From Calditrichaceae bacterium (GTDB lineage: Bacteria > Calditrichota > Calditrichia > Calditrichales > JBFXGD01): a DNA stretch of 64,000 nt. A program made the position numbers and the translations under genes. The DNA lies in NCBI GenBank assembly GCA_050178385.1, contig JBFXGD010000001.1, positions 1 through 64,000 of the forward strand. The letters run 5' to 3'. A model generated the notes under the pieces. That model ran no database searches, had not been told where the DNA came from, and saw only the letters and a program-made list of their open reading frames with translations. Shown piece by piece: positions 50,435 to 59,528 of this stretch; within the stretch, counting starts at the first letter, position 1; every line of letters begins with the position of its first letter.

Positions 50435-51696
50435 TCAATAAATACCTTAAAAGGATAAATAGCGTTTGAGAAAACTCCGATCAGTGTAGAATCACTCCGA
50501 AAATGTTTCACCAGCCGGGTGCCCGTGTCGCTCACTATGAGATTGCCGTTTTTCGGATTAATTCTCAAGTCTGACGGAGAAATAAAACCTATACGTTGAC
50601 TGAGACGTAATCCGTTGTATGAAAGTTGCATTATTTCTGAATTTATATCATTAAAAATTATTATCCAAATAGTCTGATTTTTTTCATCAATTCTGAATTT
50701 TCCAAGATTATCCGATCTGTAAATTTCTTCGGCTTCCCCGCTCGCAAGATCATATTTATACAGAATATCTTCGACCGGAGTCTGATCGGTAAGAAAAAGA
50801 ATTTGGTTTGCCTGGTCTATCTGAAAAAATTCCGGATCCATAAGGGTTTGATTTTCAAGAGCTGAAAGCGAATATTGTAAAACGCCCTCCAGATTATAAA
50901 CAAGTATTTGGTGATTCCTGTCATCGAGTATAAAAAGAAGTTTTTCTTCTGAAAGCTCAATCTGTATTGGATTCCCGAGATTTGTCGCCACTAAGGCTGC
51001 TGTCCCTGTCACAGGGTTGATCTCATATAGTTTTCCTGAAGAGTCAGTCAGCCAGAAGCTTTGGTTGAATCGATCATAAAGACAATCAAAGGGATTTTCA
51101 ATGCCGAATTCACTGAAAAGCACTTCCCCGTTTTCCAGATCAAAAATATCGAAACTGTTTATTGTCGGATAAGTTGCCATCGCGCGGTTGTGGTCATGGT
51201 CGAATGCAAGCGCCTCAGGGATCCACACGCCATAGACAATTAAATTGACTGTCTTCAGGTCATACGCGAGATTGAGAAATGTTTCAAGGCCCCACCTGTC
51301 GATCAGCCATATATCTCCGGGTCCGGCCATGACCTCGACAATATTTGTTGGCGGAGAATCGGAATTTTCACCAATCAATGTCAGATAATAACTGTACTTG
51401 ATATCGTATTCAATATCAGTGTCCTGATATGACGTTTGGTTTTTTAAAAATGAAGATAAGAGGGTGAACTGATTTTCAAATTCAGTTTTTTTGTACAATT
51501 TGTAACCAGTAAAATCAACCGTTTGCGGCGGTCTCCATCTAATCTGCACCGTAGAATCGGCAGTTGAGACAAAAAGGTTTAAATCTATATTAGTTATACC
51601 GCTGCCGGGGTCAAATATATTGTCTTTATCCCTGTCTGAACAGCCGGTCAGAATGACTGTCACAAGCAGGTAAATTATTATACTAAGATATTTCAC
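50431..51696 (-). CDS. Lipoprotein with an FN3-like domain and a beta-propeller (NHL/YVTN-like)
   Basis: Lipobox LTGC; FN3-like IRW...GYKLY...YQD...YSYY; repeated P..L/I blade motifs; 4-nt overlap with the downstream PP2C gene. Confidence 0.65.
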   Translation of the reverse strand: MKYLSIIIYLLVTVILTGCSDRDKDNIFDPGSGITNIDLNLFVSTADSTVQIRWRPPQTVDFTGYKLYKKTEFENQFTLLSSFLKNQTSYQDTDIEYDIKYSYYLTLIGENSDSPPTNIVEVMAGPGDIWLIDRWGLETFLNLAYDLKTVNLIVYGVWIPEALAFDHDHNRAMATYPTINSFDIFDLENGEVLFSEFGIENPFDCLYDRFNQSFWLTDSSGKLYEINPVTGTAALVATNLGNPIQIELSEEKLLFILDDRNHQILVYNLEGVLQYSLSALENQTLMDPEFFQIDQANQILFLTDQTPVEDILYKYDLASGEAEEIYRSDNLGKFRIDEKNQTIWIIIFNDINSEIMQLSYNGLRLSQRIGFISPSDLRINPKNGNLIVSDTGTRLVKHFRSDSTLIGVFSNAIYPFKVFIE

Positions 51697-51736
51697 ACGC
51701 TGTCTGTCTTAGTGATACTAATATTTTGCTAACCGG

Positions 51737-52384
51737 TTAATTAAATGAAAGTTTCTTTAATATCTCTTTGTAAACCTGTTTAACTTCATTATTTCCGTTA
51801 ATCGAGTAAAAATGATTCAGATTTTCATAATACTTTTTAACGGGTTCTGTTTGTTCTCTGTAAATATCGAGGCGTTTCTGAATGGTCTCTACATTGTCAT
51901 CACGCCTGGTTATTATTTCACCGCCGCAGATAGTGCATTTGTTGTCAGTGGGGGCCGGATTTGTAGCTGAATTATAATCCGCTCCACAGCTGTGACAGAT
52001 TTTACGGATTGAGAGTCTCCTGATGATTTGGCTGTCCGGAACGGTGATTTCAATACAAACAAACGCGGGGAGTTTTAGTTTTGTCATTAAATCAGACAGA
52101 TGTTTGGCCTGTGGGATGGTTCTGGGAAATCCGTCAAGGATAAAACCATTTTTACAGTCATCTCTTTGGATGCGATCTTTAATAATTCCAAGCATCAGAT
52201 CATCGGGGACCAGTTCGCCCCTTTCCATGACTGACTTTGCTTTTTTCCCGAGTTCAGTTTCAGTTCTTACCGCCTCACGAAGCATATCGCCGGTAGATAT
52301 TTGTGGAATCCCGAAATTAGTGCTTAACAGTTTCGCCTGAGTACCTTTTCCAACTCCCGGTGCGCCGAATAAAATAAGATGCAT
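51737..52384 (-). CDS. adk: Adenylate kinase (Zn-lid form)
   Basis: GAPGVGKGTQA, STGDMLR, LDGFPR, CHSC...CTIC. Confidence 0.96.
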   Translation of the reverse strand: MHLILFGAPGVGKGTQAKLLSTNFGIPQISTGDMLREAVRTETELGKKAKSVMERGELVPDDLMLGIIKDRIQRDDCKNGFILDGFPRTIPQAKHLSDLMTKLKLPAFVCIEITVPDSQIIRRLSIRKICHSCGADYNSATNPAPTDNKCTICGGEIITRRDDNVETIQKRLDIYREQTEPVKKYYENLNHFYSINGNNEVKQVYKEILKKLSFN

Positions 52385-52472
52385 CCTAAAGCTCCTTCAG
52401 TTTTTCGTTAAAGTATGCCTGATCTATGTTGTCAAACAGGTTTCTGAACCCGTTGCTGTTTTGTTCGTGCAT

Positions 52473-53531
52473 CTAAATATTTAAGGATTTAACGCTGATT
52501 CTTTTCTTTCGCTCATTTTCAGCATACAGCTGACCGCAGGCGGCCTGAATTTCCCATCCCTTCCTGCGGCGGATGGTAATGGTCCTGTGATTGTCATTAA
52601 CCAGGATGTCAAAGCGCTTTATCTGCTCATCAGTTGGTGGTTTGAACTGCGGATCATCTGAATTGCAGGGAATGATATTAATTTTGCAGGTGATGCCCTG
52701 TGTTAACTGTACCAGGAGTTGCGCATCTTCTTCAGATGAGTTCAATCCGTCGATTAAAACGTATTCGAATGTGACGCGTTTTTTTGTATTTTGGTTATAA
52801 TATCTTGCCGCGTCAAGAAGTTTCTCAAGCGGATATTTTTTTGAAATCGGCATAATCTGTTCCCGGATGATATCTTTTACGCTATTCAGCGAAATAGCCA
52901 GTGAATAGGGTTGATTTTCATCAGCCATTCTATAGATGGCCGGGATGATTCCGCTGGTGGATATGGTTATTCGCTTACGGCTGAATGCCATTCCTTCCGG
53001 ATCAGACATAATATCTGCCGATTTTATAACCGCATCATAATTCAGCATGGGTTCTCCCATCCCCATAAAAACAATATTTGTGGGGGGATAGAGGCTGCGC
53101 TCCTTCATTTGAATCACCTGCTCAATGATTTCTCCGGATGTAAGGTTTCTTAATAACCCCATTTTACCGGTCGCGCAAAATTTGCAATCCAGGGGACAAC
53201 CGATCTGTGATGAGATGCAGAAAGTTACTCTTTTTCCTTCATAAATAATCACGCTTTCAATTTTCATGCCGTCAGACAGCTTCCAAAGGTATTTTGTGGT
53301 GCCGTCCTTTTTTGATTTTATTTCATCTATTAAACTGAAGGTTCTGAGTGAAAATTGATTTCTTAGCAGCTCTCTGAAAGACTTTGGCAGTGTGCTGAAT
53401 TCGATAAAATCTTGCCAGTTTTTTGAGTAAATCCCCTTATAGATCTGATTCGCCCGGTATCTGGGTTGATCAATCTCGGACATGTAATCTTCGAGTTCCT
53501 GCTCTGTAAAATCCAGGATATGTTGTATCAT
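52473..53531 (-). CDS. rlmN: 23S rRNA m2A2503 radical SAM methyltransferase
   Basis: CISSQIGCPLDCKFC, FMGMGEP, ISTSG, AACGQL. Confidence 0.95.
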   Translation of the reverse strand: MIQHILDFTEQELEDYMSEIDQPRYRANQIYKGIYSKNWQDFIEFSTLPKSFRELLRNQFSLRTFSLIDEIKSKKDGTTKYLWKLSDGMKIESVIIYEGKRVTFCISSQIGCPLDCKFCATGKMGLLRNLTSGEIIEQVIQMKERSLYPPTNIVFMGMGEPMLNYDAVIKSADIMSDPEGMAFSRKRITISTSGIIPAIYRMADENQPYSLAISLNSVKDIIREQIMPISKKYPLEKLLDAARYYNQNTKKRVTFEYVLIDGLNSSEEDAQLLVQLTQGITCKINIIPCNSDDPQFKPPTDEQIKRFDILVNDNHRTITIRRRKGWEIQAACGQLYAENERKKRISVKSLNI

Positions 53532-53542
53532 CTATTTCTCAT

Positions 53543-53571
53543 TTGCATTTAAGCCGATCTGTATGTAAAAT
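53543..53571 (+). promoter_or_regulatory. Putative promoter for moxR
   Basis: TTGCAT-N17-TAAAAT. Confidence 0.45.
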
Positions 53572-53593
53572 TTAATCTGTTATCATCAAATAA

Positions 53594-53622
53594 AATTTAT
53601 TAAATTATTGGTTCAATCTCAA
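53594..53622 (-). promoter_or_regulatory. Putative promoter for rlmN
   Basis: Minus-strand TTGAGA-N17-TAAATT. Confidence 0.4.
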
Positions 53623-53637
53623 GGAAATTAATGGTCT

Positions 53638-54645
53638 ATGGATAAAGGAATTCCAAATTCTCCTGCTGATTTAGAGATCGCTGACTTAATTCTTGCCAAA
53701 TATGAAAAAATTAAGAAAGAACTCTCAAAAATTATCATAGGCCAGGATGATATCATTGAACATTTGTTGATCTCCCTTTTTACGCGCGGGCACAGTCTTC
53801 TTGTTGGTGTACCGGGTTTGGCAAAAACTTTGCTTATACGCACTCTCGGCCAGATCCTGGATATGCAGTTTTCAAGGATTCAATTTACTCCGGATCTGAT
53901 GCCTTCTGATATTACAGGAACTGAAATTCTGGAGGAAGACCGTTCTACCGGTCAAAAATCCTTCAAATTTATAAAAGGCCCCATATTTGCCAATCTGATA
54001 CTCGCGGATGAGATTAACAGAACTCCGCCAAAAACTCAATCCGCTTTGCTTGAGGCTATGCAGGAGTATCGGGTAACCGCTGCCGGTCAGTCGCATATCC
54101 TTGATGAACCTTTTTTTGTTTTGGCGACTCAAAATCCCATCGAACAGGAAGGAACTTACCCGCTTCCCGAGGCTCAGTTAGACCGTTTTATGTTCAGCCT
54201 CTGGTTGGATTATCCCGATTTCGCCGATGAGCTGGAAATTGTTAAACGAACAACAGCCAATTTTAATTTCGAACCTGAGACCGTTGTTTCCAAACAGGAT
54301 ATACTGGAATTTCAGAATCTAATCAGACGCGTACCCGTGGCCGACAATGTGGTCGATTATACGGTCCGGCTTGTCAGTTCGACCCGCAGGGGACATCCAT
54401 TGTCGGATGAAAAAATATCTGAATGGATCCGCTGGGGCGCAGGACCAAGGGCATCGCAGTTTCTGATCCTCGGAGCGAAAGCGAGAGCGATACTTCACCA
54501 TCGTTACACTCCTGATGTCGATGATATTCGCAGTCTGGCATTACCTGTACTCAGGCATCGTCTTGTCACGTCATTTAGCGCCGAAGCAGAAGGTATTTCT
54601 ATAGAACAGATCATCGATTATGTTTTAGAAAAAGTGGATCATTGA
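53638..54645 (+). CDS. MoxR-family AAA+ ATPase
   Basis: GVPGLAKT, RIQFTPDLMPSD, ADEINR, ATQNPIEQEGTYPLPEAQLDRF. Confidence 0.95.
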   Translation: MDKGIPNSPADLEIADLILAKYEKIKKELSKIIIGQDDIIEHLLISLFTRGHSLLVGVPGLAKTLLIRTLGQILDMQFSRIQFTPDLMPSDITGTEILEEDRSTGQKSFKFIKGPIFANLILADEINRTPPKTQSALLEAMQEYRVTAAGQSHILDEPFFVLATQNPIEQEGTYPLPEAQLDRFMFSLWLDYPDFADELEIVKRTTANFNFEPETVVSKQDILEFQNLIRRVPVADNVVDYTVRLVSSTRRGHPLSDEKISEWIRWGAGPRASQFLILGAKARAILHHRYTPDVDDIRSLALPVLRHRLVTSFSAEAEGISIEQIIDYVLEKVDH

Positions 54646-54764
54646 AAGGGAAAAGAAACTTTACGGTAATCATTCTCTGGTTTAAACCAATGAATTGACT
54701 ACTTTTATGGATTTCCGGGGGGACAAGTTTCTAAAGAGTGGTATTTTAATTAGGATTTACCAAA

Positions 54765-57700
54765 ATGTATTGGAAAATTCGTTCAACCGGTGTTTACTGG
54801 TATAATATTCTGCTTGTCTTATTCGCGTATCTGACTATCACCTATTCTCAAACGATCCCTTTGCGCGTTTACTCCATTGAAGAAGGCCTTATACAAACGC
54901 AGGTACAGACCATTACCCAGGATCCCGATGGATACTTGTGGATCGGAACCAAGGACGGCGTATCTAAATTTGATGGCCTCCATTTTTATAATTACAGCAA
55001 AAATAGCGGATTAGCCGAAAACTTTGTATTGACCTCCATTTGCGATAAAAATGGCAATATTTGGTTCGGACATTTTAGCGGTAATCTGAGTGTTTTTGAT
55101 TACAGGGAAAACACCTTTAGATCACATTCGCTCAATGATAAACTCCCCAGCAGTCCCATCACCGGTCTCTACATCGATCCTGCCGACAGACTCTGGATAG
55201 CCACCCTGGAAAAGGGATTGTTCTATGCTTCGGGAGATTCACTCATTAATGTTTCGGAACAGTTAAATATTAATTTTGGGACGATTCAGAGGCTCTTCGC
55301 GGATAAGGAAAATAATATCTGGATTGCTACTAAAAAAGGCGTCGTCACCATCAGTTTCGATGATACCAGTTCTCTTGAAACAATGAAAATGCGTTTTTAT
55401 ACAGAAATGGATGGTCTTGCTGATGATGGCATTCTTGCAATCTGCGAAGATAGTGATGGCTTCATATGGTTAGGAACCTCAAATAACGGTGTTCTTAAGT
55501 TCAGGAGAGATATAAAGACCGGCGATCTCTATGATCTGAAAAAAATAAACAAAAACGATGGTTTGCTGTCGGATCAGATAAATGTAATATTTGAGGATTC
55601 GAAAAAGAATGTATGGCTTGGTACGAACAGTGGCGGAGTTTCAAAGTACAAGCCCGGAAGCGCCAATAAAAACGAAGCGATAGCCTGCACTATTACCCCT
55701 GCTCAAGGACTTGGGCATCTGAATGTAAGCGCGATCTTTGAAGACAGGGAGGGTAATATATGGATTGGAACGGATAATGGTATTACTCAATATCGGGGTG
55801 AGCGCTTTGAGATGTTTGGAGCAGCCGACGGATTGTCAAATAAATCGGTTTGGGCGGTTTATGAAGACAGTCAGCACAGAATCTGGCTGGGAACGGAAGA
55901 CGGAATAACCAGAATCAGCGGTATCTATGATCACCCTCGCCAACTTAAAATTAGAAATTACAAGATGGCGGACGGACTTCCCACCCAGATGATTGTATCC
56001 ATTATTGAGGATAAATTCGGCCGGATCTGGGCGGGGACAGAAAAAGCAGGAATTGCCGTTATTGATCCCATAACAAATAATATCACTATCCTTTCTGAAT
56101 CAGACGGACTGCCAAGTAACTTTATTTTATCCATGACAGTTGATTCGGACAAGAATATCTGGGTAGGAACGGCCTTGGGAGGCCTGGTAAAATGCGAGCT
56201 TCCTGAAACGCGCCGGCCCGGCGGTAAAATTTTAAAAAACCTAAAAAATTATACAACCGATGATGGTCTTTTTTCAAATAACGTCTACGTGGTCAGTGCT
56301 GGCCGGAACGGCAACATCTGGATCGGTTCTGAAGATATGGTTCTCACACGTTGGAATGGCCGGGAATTTAACAGATTTTCAATGGACAGGAGACCCAATA
56401 TCTCCCATATCACTTCGCTGTCAGAAGATGATCTCGGTAATATATGGTTTGGCACGACCAGTGGCGGAATTTTTGAATTTGACGGTGAAAAAATATCGAA
56501 GATATCTTTGCAGAATATACTCGATGATAAAATAATTTATGCCGTCAAGCATGATGACTCGGGTAATCTCTGGATTGCAGCCACATCAGGAGTTTATAAG
56601 TATAACAGTAAGGATTCAACCTTATTGCACTACGGCAAGCATGAGGGCTTTCTGGGTATTGAGTCTAATGAAAATGCGGTTGCCCGGGATCACGAAGGAA
56701 ATCTCTGGTTTGGTACAATTTCCGGGGCGATTAAATATAATCCTGATAAAGATCAGATAAATAAGCTGCCTCCGCAGATAAAAATCACGGATGTTAAAAT
56801 TTATTTCAAAGAAACTCCGGATATACGTGAATCTAAACTGCAGTATAATCAAAATCATCTGACATTTAATTTTATCGGAATTTGTCTTTCAACACCGGAA
56901 AAGGTTCGATACCGTTACTTTCTGGAAGGATTTGATTCAGAATGGTCGCCGGTTACCTCGGATAATCGCGCTACTTACTCCAATTTGCCACCCGGTGAAT
57001 ATGTTTTTAAGGTAAGTGCAGTCAATAATGATGGAATCTGGACCAAAGAGCCGGTTAGCTATGCTTTTGAAATATTGACCCCATTCTGGAAGACCTGGTG
57101 GTTTATAGGCCTGGGTTTGATGACAATTCTATTTGGCGCGGTTATTTCACATAGAAGAAGAGTTTATCAGTTTGAAAAACAAAACTCCCTGCTTGAGTTG
57201 AAAGTGGATCACCGGACAGCTCAGCTGAAGAAGGAGAAGGAGAAAGTTGAATTCGCGCTTGAAAAATTAAACAGGCAGGAAAATCAATTACAAAAAATTG
57301 CTGAAAACGCCACTCTGCTGCTCAGAAATCCATATTACGTGCAGTCGATCCGCGAAGCTCTTCAGGTCATCGGCGATACATCAGGTGTGGATCATATTTA
57401 TATATTCCAAAATCAGTCCACTCTCAATGAAAAAGTGTCGGTCCGGTTTAAAATGCATTTTAAATGGGATAAAAATGAGGATCCTGGAGTTGGAGAACAA
57501 CAGGCCTATAAAATGCAGATTTTTGATGATACTGATTTATTCAAAATTTATGAACTTCTAAAAAATTCGGAGTTGATCACAGACCGTTATCCTGCTTTTA
57601 CTCTTTCCCAGGATTCAAAAAAAGCAAAAGTCTCCCGGCTGGCTATTCCCGTAACCATTAGTAAACAGTTCTGGGGATTTATTATGCTGGATGATTCAAA

Positions 57701-59315
57701 TTACAGGCGTGTCTGGGAAAAAAATGATTTGGCCATCATGAAAACGGCTGTCGCAAATATTGGCGGGGCCATAGAGAGACACGAAACTGAAGGAGAACTG
57801 AGCAGGCTGTCTCTGGCCGTAAAAACATCAACAGACAGTATTTTTATAGGTGATATAAAGGGACGGATTACGGATTTAAATGAATCTGCCATGAAACTTA
57901 TGGAGGTGGATGAAAAGTACGATATTATCGGATGCCGGGGGGTCGCGTTTATTGATCCTGATGACCGGAAAAGATTTATGCAGGATGTGTTCAGGGCCAT
58001 CAATACAGATGAGACAAAAACACGCGAATATTTAATGATCACGAAACTAAAAAAGCGGATTCCGGTGGAAATCAGTCTCTCATTGCTCAGAGAGCCGAAT
58101 GGTTATCTGCTCGGATTTGTGCTTTTTTGCAGGGATGTCTCGGAACGCAATAAAATGGAAGAAGAGCTGTTGAAAGCACGAAAACTTGAATCATTAGGCA
58201 TACTCGCGGGAGGCATTGCCCATGATTTCAATAATATTCTTACGGCGATTCTGGGAAATATATCATTGGCTAAAATTTTTGCGCAGTCAGATACGAAAAT
58301 ATTATCAAGACTTACAGAGTCAGAAAGAGCGACAATGCGCGCCAAAGATCTCACTCAGCAATTACTCACATTTTCCAAAGGCGGCACTCCAATTAAGAAA
58401 ACGGCATCAATAGCCGATCTGATCAGGGAAAATGCCGGATTTGTTCTTCACGGATCAAAAATTCTCTGCAATTATTCCATACAGGATGATATCTGGAATG
58501 TGGAGATAGATGAAGGACAGATTAGCCAGGTGATTAATAATTTGACTATAAACGCCCTGCAGGCCATGCCGGAGGGGGGCGTTCTGGATGTCAGCGCGGA
58601 AAACTATGTGATTGGAAAAGAGACAGACCTTCCGCTGAAACAAGGTGACTGCGTCAAACTGTCCTTTAAGGATAACGGAATCGGAATATCAAAAGGATAC
58701 ATTGATAAAATTTTTGACCCTTACTTTACGACAAAACAGAGGGGAAGCGGTCTGGGACTTGCAACGACGTATTCGATTATACAGAAACATGAAGGACACA
58801 TCACTGTCGAATCGTCTCTTGGTTTGGGAACAACCTTTTATATTTATCTGCCGGCTTCAAGAAAGAGCCGTATCTTAAAAATGGAATCCGGTACAGGTAT
58901 AGAAATGAAAGGTCAGGGTACCATTCTTGTGATGGATGATGATGTTCTTATTTTGGAAGTCGCCTGCAGTCTGTTGAACAATCTGGGTTTCGAAGTGGAA
59001 ACAGCAAAAGACGGGTGGGAAGCTGTTCAAATGTATCAGGAAAGATCCGCTAAAAACGAACGATATGATGCGGTCATCGTTGATCTGACGGTGCCCGGCG
59101 GAATGGGCGGCGCGGATACGGTAAGGGAAATATTAAAAATAGATCATCAGGCAAGAGTAATTGTTTCAAGCGGATATTCAAATGATCCGATAATGGCTAA
59201 CTACCGGGATTACGGATTTTGCGGTGTGGTGGCAAAACCTTACAGACTTGAAGATCTGAAGAATATGCTGTTACGGATATTTGAGCGCGATCCGTCAGCA
59301 TGGTTAAAAAATTAG
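54765..59315 (+). CDS. Hybrid sensor histidine kinase: periplasmic Reg_prop beta-propellers and Y_Y_Y, TM, GAF, PAS, HisKA/HATPase, REC
   Basis: Signal peptide; many D..G.(I/L)W.GT repeats; YSNLPPGEY; PFWKTWWF TM; AGGIAHDFNN; DNGIGI, FTTK..GSGLGL; C-terminal REC (VMDDD, VDL, SSGY, KPY). Confidence 0.92.
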   Translation: MYWKIRSTGVYWYNILLVLFAYLTITYSQTIPLRVYSIEEGLIQTQVQTITQDPDGYLWIGTKDGVSKFDGLHFYNYSKNSGLAENFVLTSICDKNGNIWFGHFSGNLSVFDYRENTFRSHSLNDKLPSSPITGLYIDPADRLWIATLEKGLFYASGDSLINVSEQLNINFGTIQRLFADKENNIWIATKKGVVTISFDDTSSLETMKMRFYTEMDGLADDGILAICEDSDGFIWLGTSNNGVLKFRRDIKTGDLYDLKKINKNDGLLSDQINVIFEDSKKNVWLGTNSGGVSKYKPGSANKNEAIACTITPAQGLGHLNVSAIFEDREGNIWIGTDNGITQYRGERFEMFGAADGLSNKSVWAVYEDSQHRIWLGTEDGITRISGIYDHPRQLKIRNYKMADGLPTQMIVSIIEDKFGRIWAGTEKAGIAVIDPITNNITILSESDGLPSNFILSMTVDSDKNIWVGTALGGLVKCELPETRRPGGKILKNLKNYTTDDGLFSNNVYVVSAGRNGNIWIGSEDMVLTRWNGREFNRFSMDRRPNISHITSLSEDDLGNIWFGTTSGGIFEFDGEKISKISLQNILDDKIIYAVKHDDSGNLWIAATSGVYKYNSKDSTLLHYGKHEGFLGIESNENAVARDHEGNLWFGTISGAIKYNPDKDQINKLPPQIKITDVKIYFKETPDIRESKLQYNQNHLTFNFIGICLSTPEKVRYRYFLEGFDSEWSPVTSDNRATYSNLPPGEYVFKVSAVNNDGIWTKEPVSYAFEILTPFWKTWWFIGLGLMTILFGAVISHRRRVYQFEKQNSLLELKVDHRTAQLKKEKEKVEFALEKLNRQENQLQKIAENATLLLRNPYYVQSIREALQVIGDTSGVDHIYIFQNQSTLNEKVSVRFKMHFKWDKNEDPGVGEQQAYKMQIFDDTDLFKIYELLKNSELITDRYPAFTLSQDSKKAKVSRLAIPVTISKQFWGFIMLDDSNYRRVWEKNDLAIMKTAVANIGGAIERHETEGELSRLSLAVKTSTDSIFIGDIKGRITDLNESAMKLMEVDEKYDIIGCRGVAFIDPDDRKRFMQDVFRAINTDETKTREYLMITKLKKRIPVEISLSLLREPNGYLLGFVLFCRDVSERNKMEEELLKARKLESLGILAGGIAHDFNNILTAILGNISLAKIFAQSDTKILSRLTESERATMRAKDLTQQLLTFSKGGTPIKKTASIADLIRENAGFVLHGSKILCNYSIQDDIWNVEIDEGQISQVINNLTINALQAMPEGGVLDVSAENYVIGKETDLPLKQGDCVKLSFKDNGIGISKGYIDKIFDPYFTTKQRGSGLGLATTYSIIQKHEGHITVESSLGLGTTFYIYLPASRKSRILKMESGTGIEMKGQGTILVMDDDVLILEVACSLLNNLGFEVETAKDGWEAVQMYQERSAKNERYDAVIVDLTVPGGMGGADTVREILKIDHQARVIVSSGYSNDPIMANYRDYGFCGVVAKPYRLEDLKNMLLRIFERDPSAWLKN

Positions 59316-59441
59316 GATTAACCACAGGTTTTTCGGAATAAAATTGATGATAAAGAATCAGAATTGATCCTTATTTGAAAGTTGGGCAGGGGGCAGAAAT
59401 TTAATCAGGGATAATTTAGAAATACTCAGTTATAATGTTTT

Positions 59442-59476
59442 ATTAATCCGGCATAGCTAGTACCAGCCGGATTAAT
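59442..59476. terminator. Inverted repeat between convergent genes (possible terminator)
   Basis: ATTAATCCGGC-13 nt-GCCGGATTAAT; weak U-tracts on both sides. Confidence 0.45.
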
Positions 59477-59528
59477 CGCTTAGTTTTCTGTGCTGATAAA
59501 GTGTTTTACGCGAATATTGCTTCATTCA

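Noticed and set aside
54850..56750. Repetitive TGG..GG..AC DNA pattern as a repeat array
   Set aside because: It reflects protein-level propeller repeats (W.GT), not identical DNA repeats or CRISPR.
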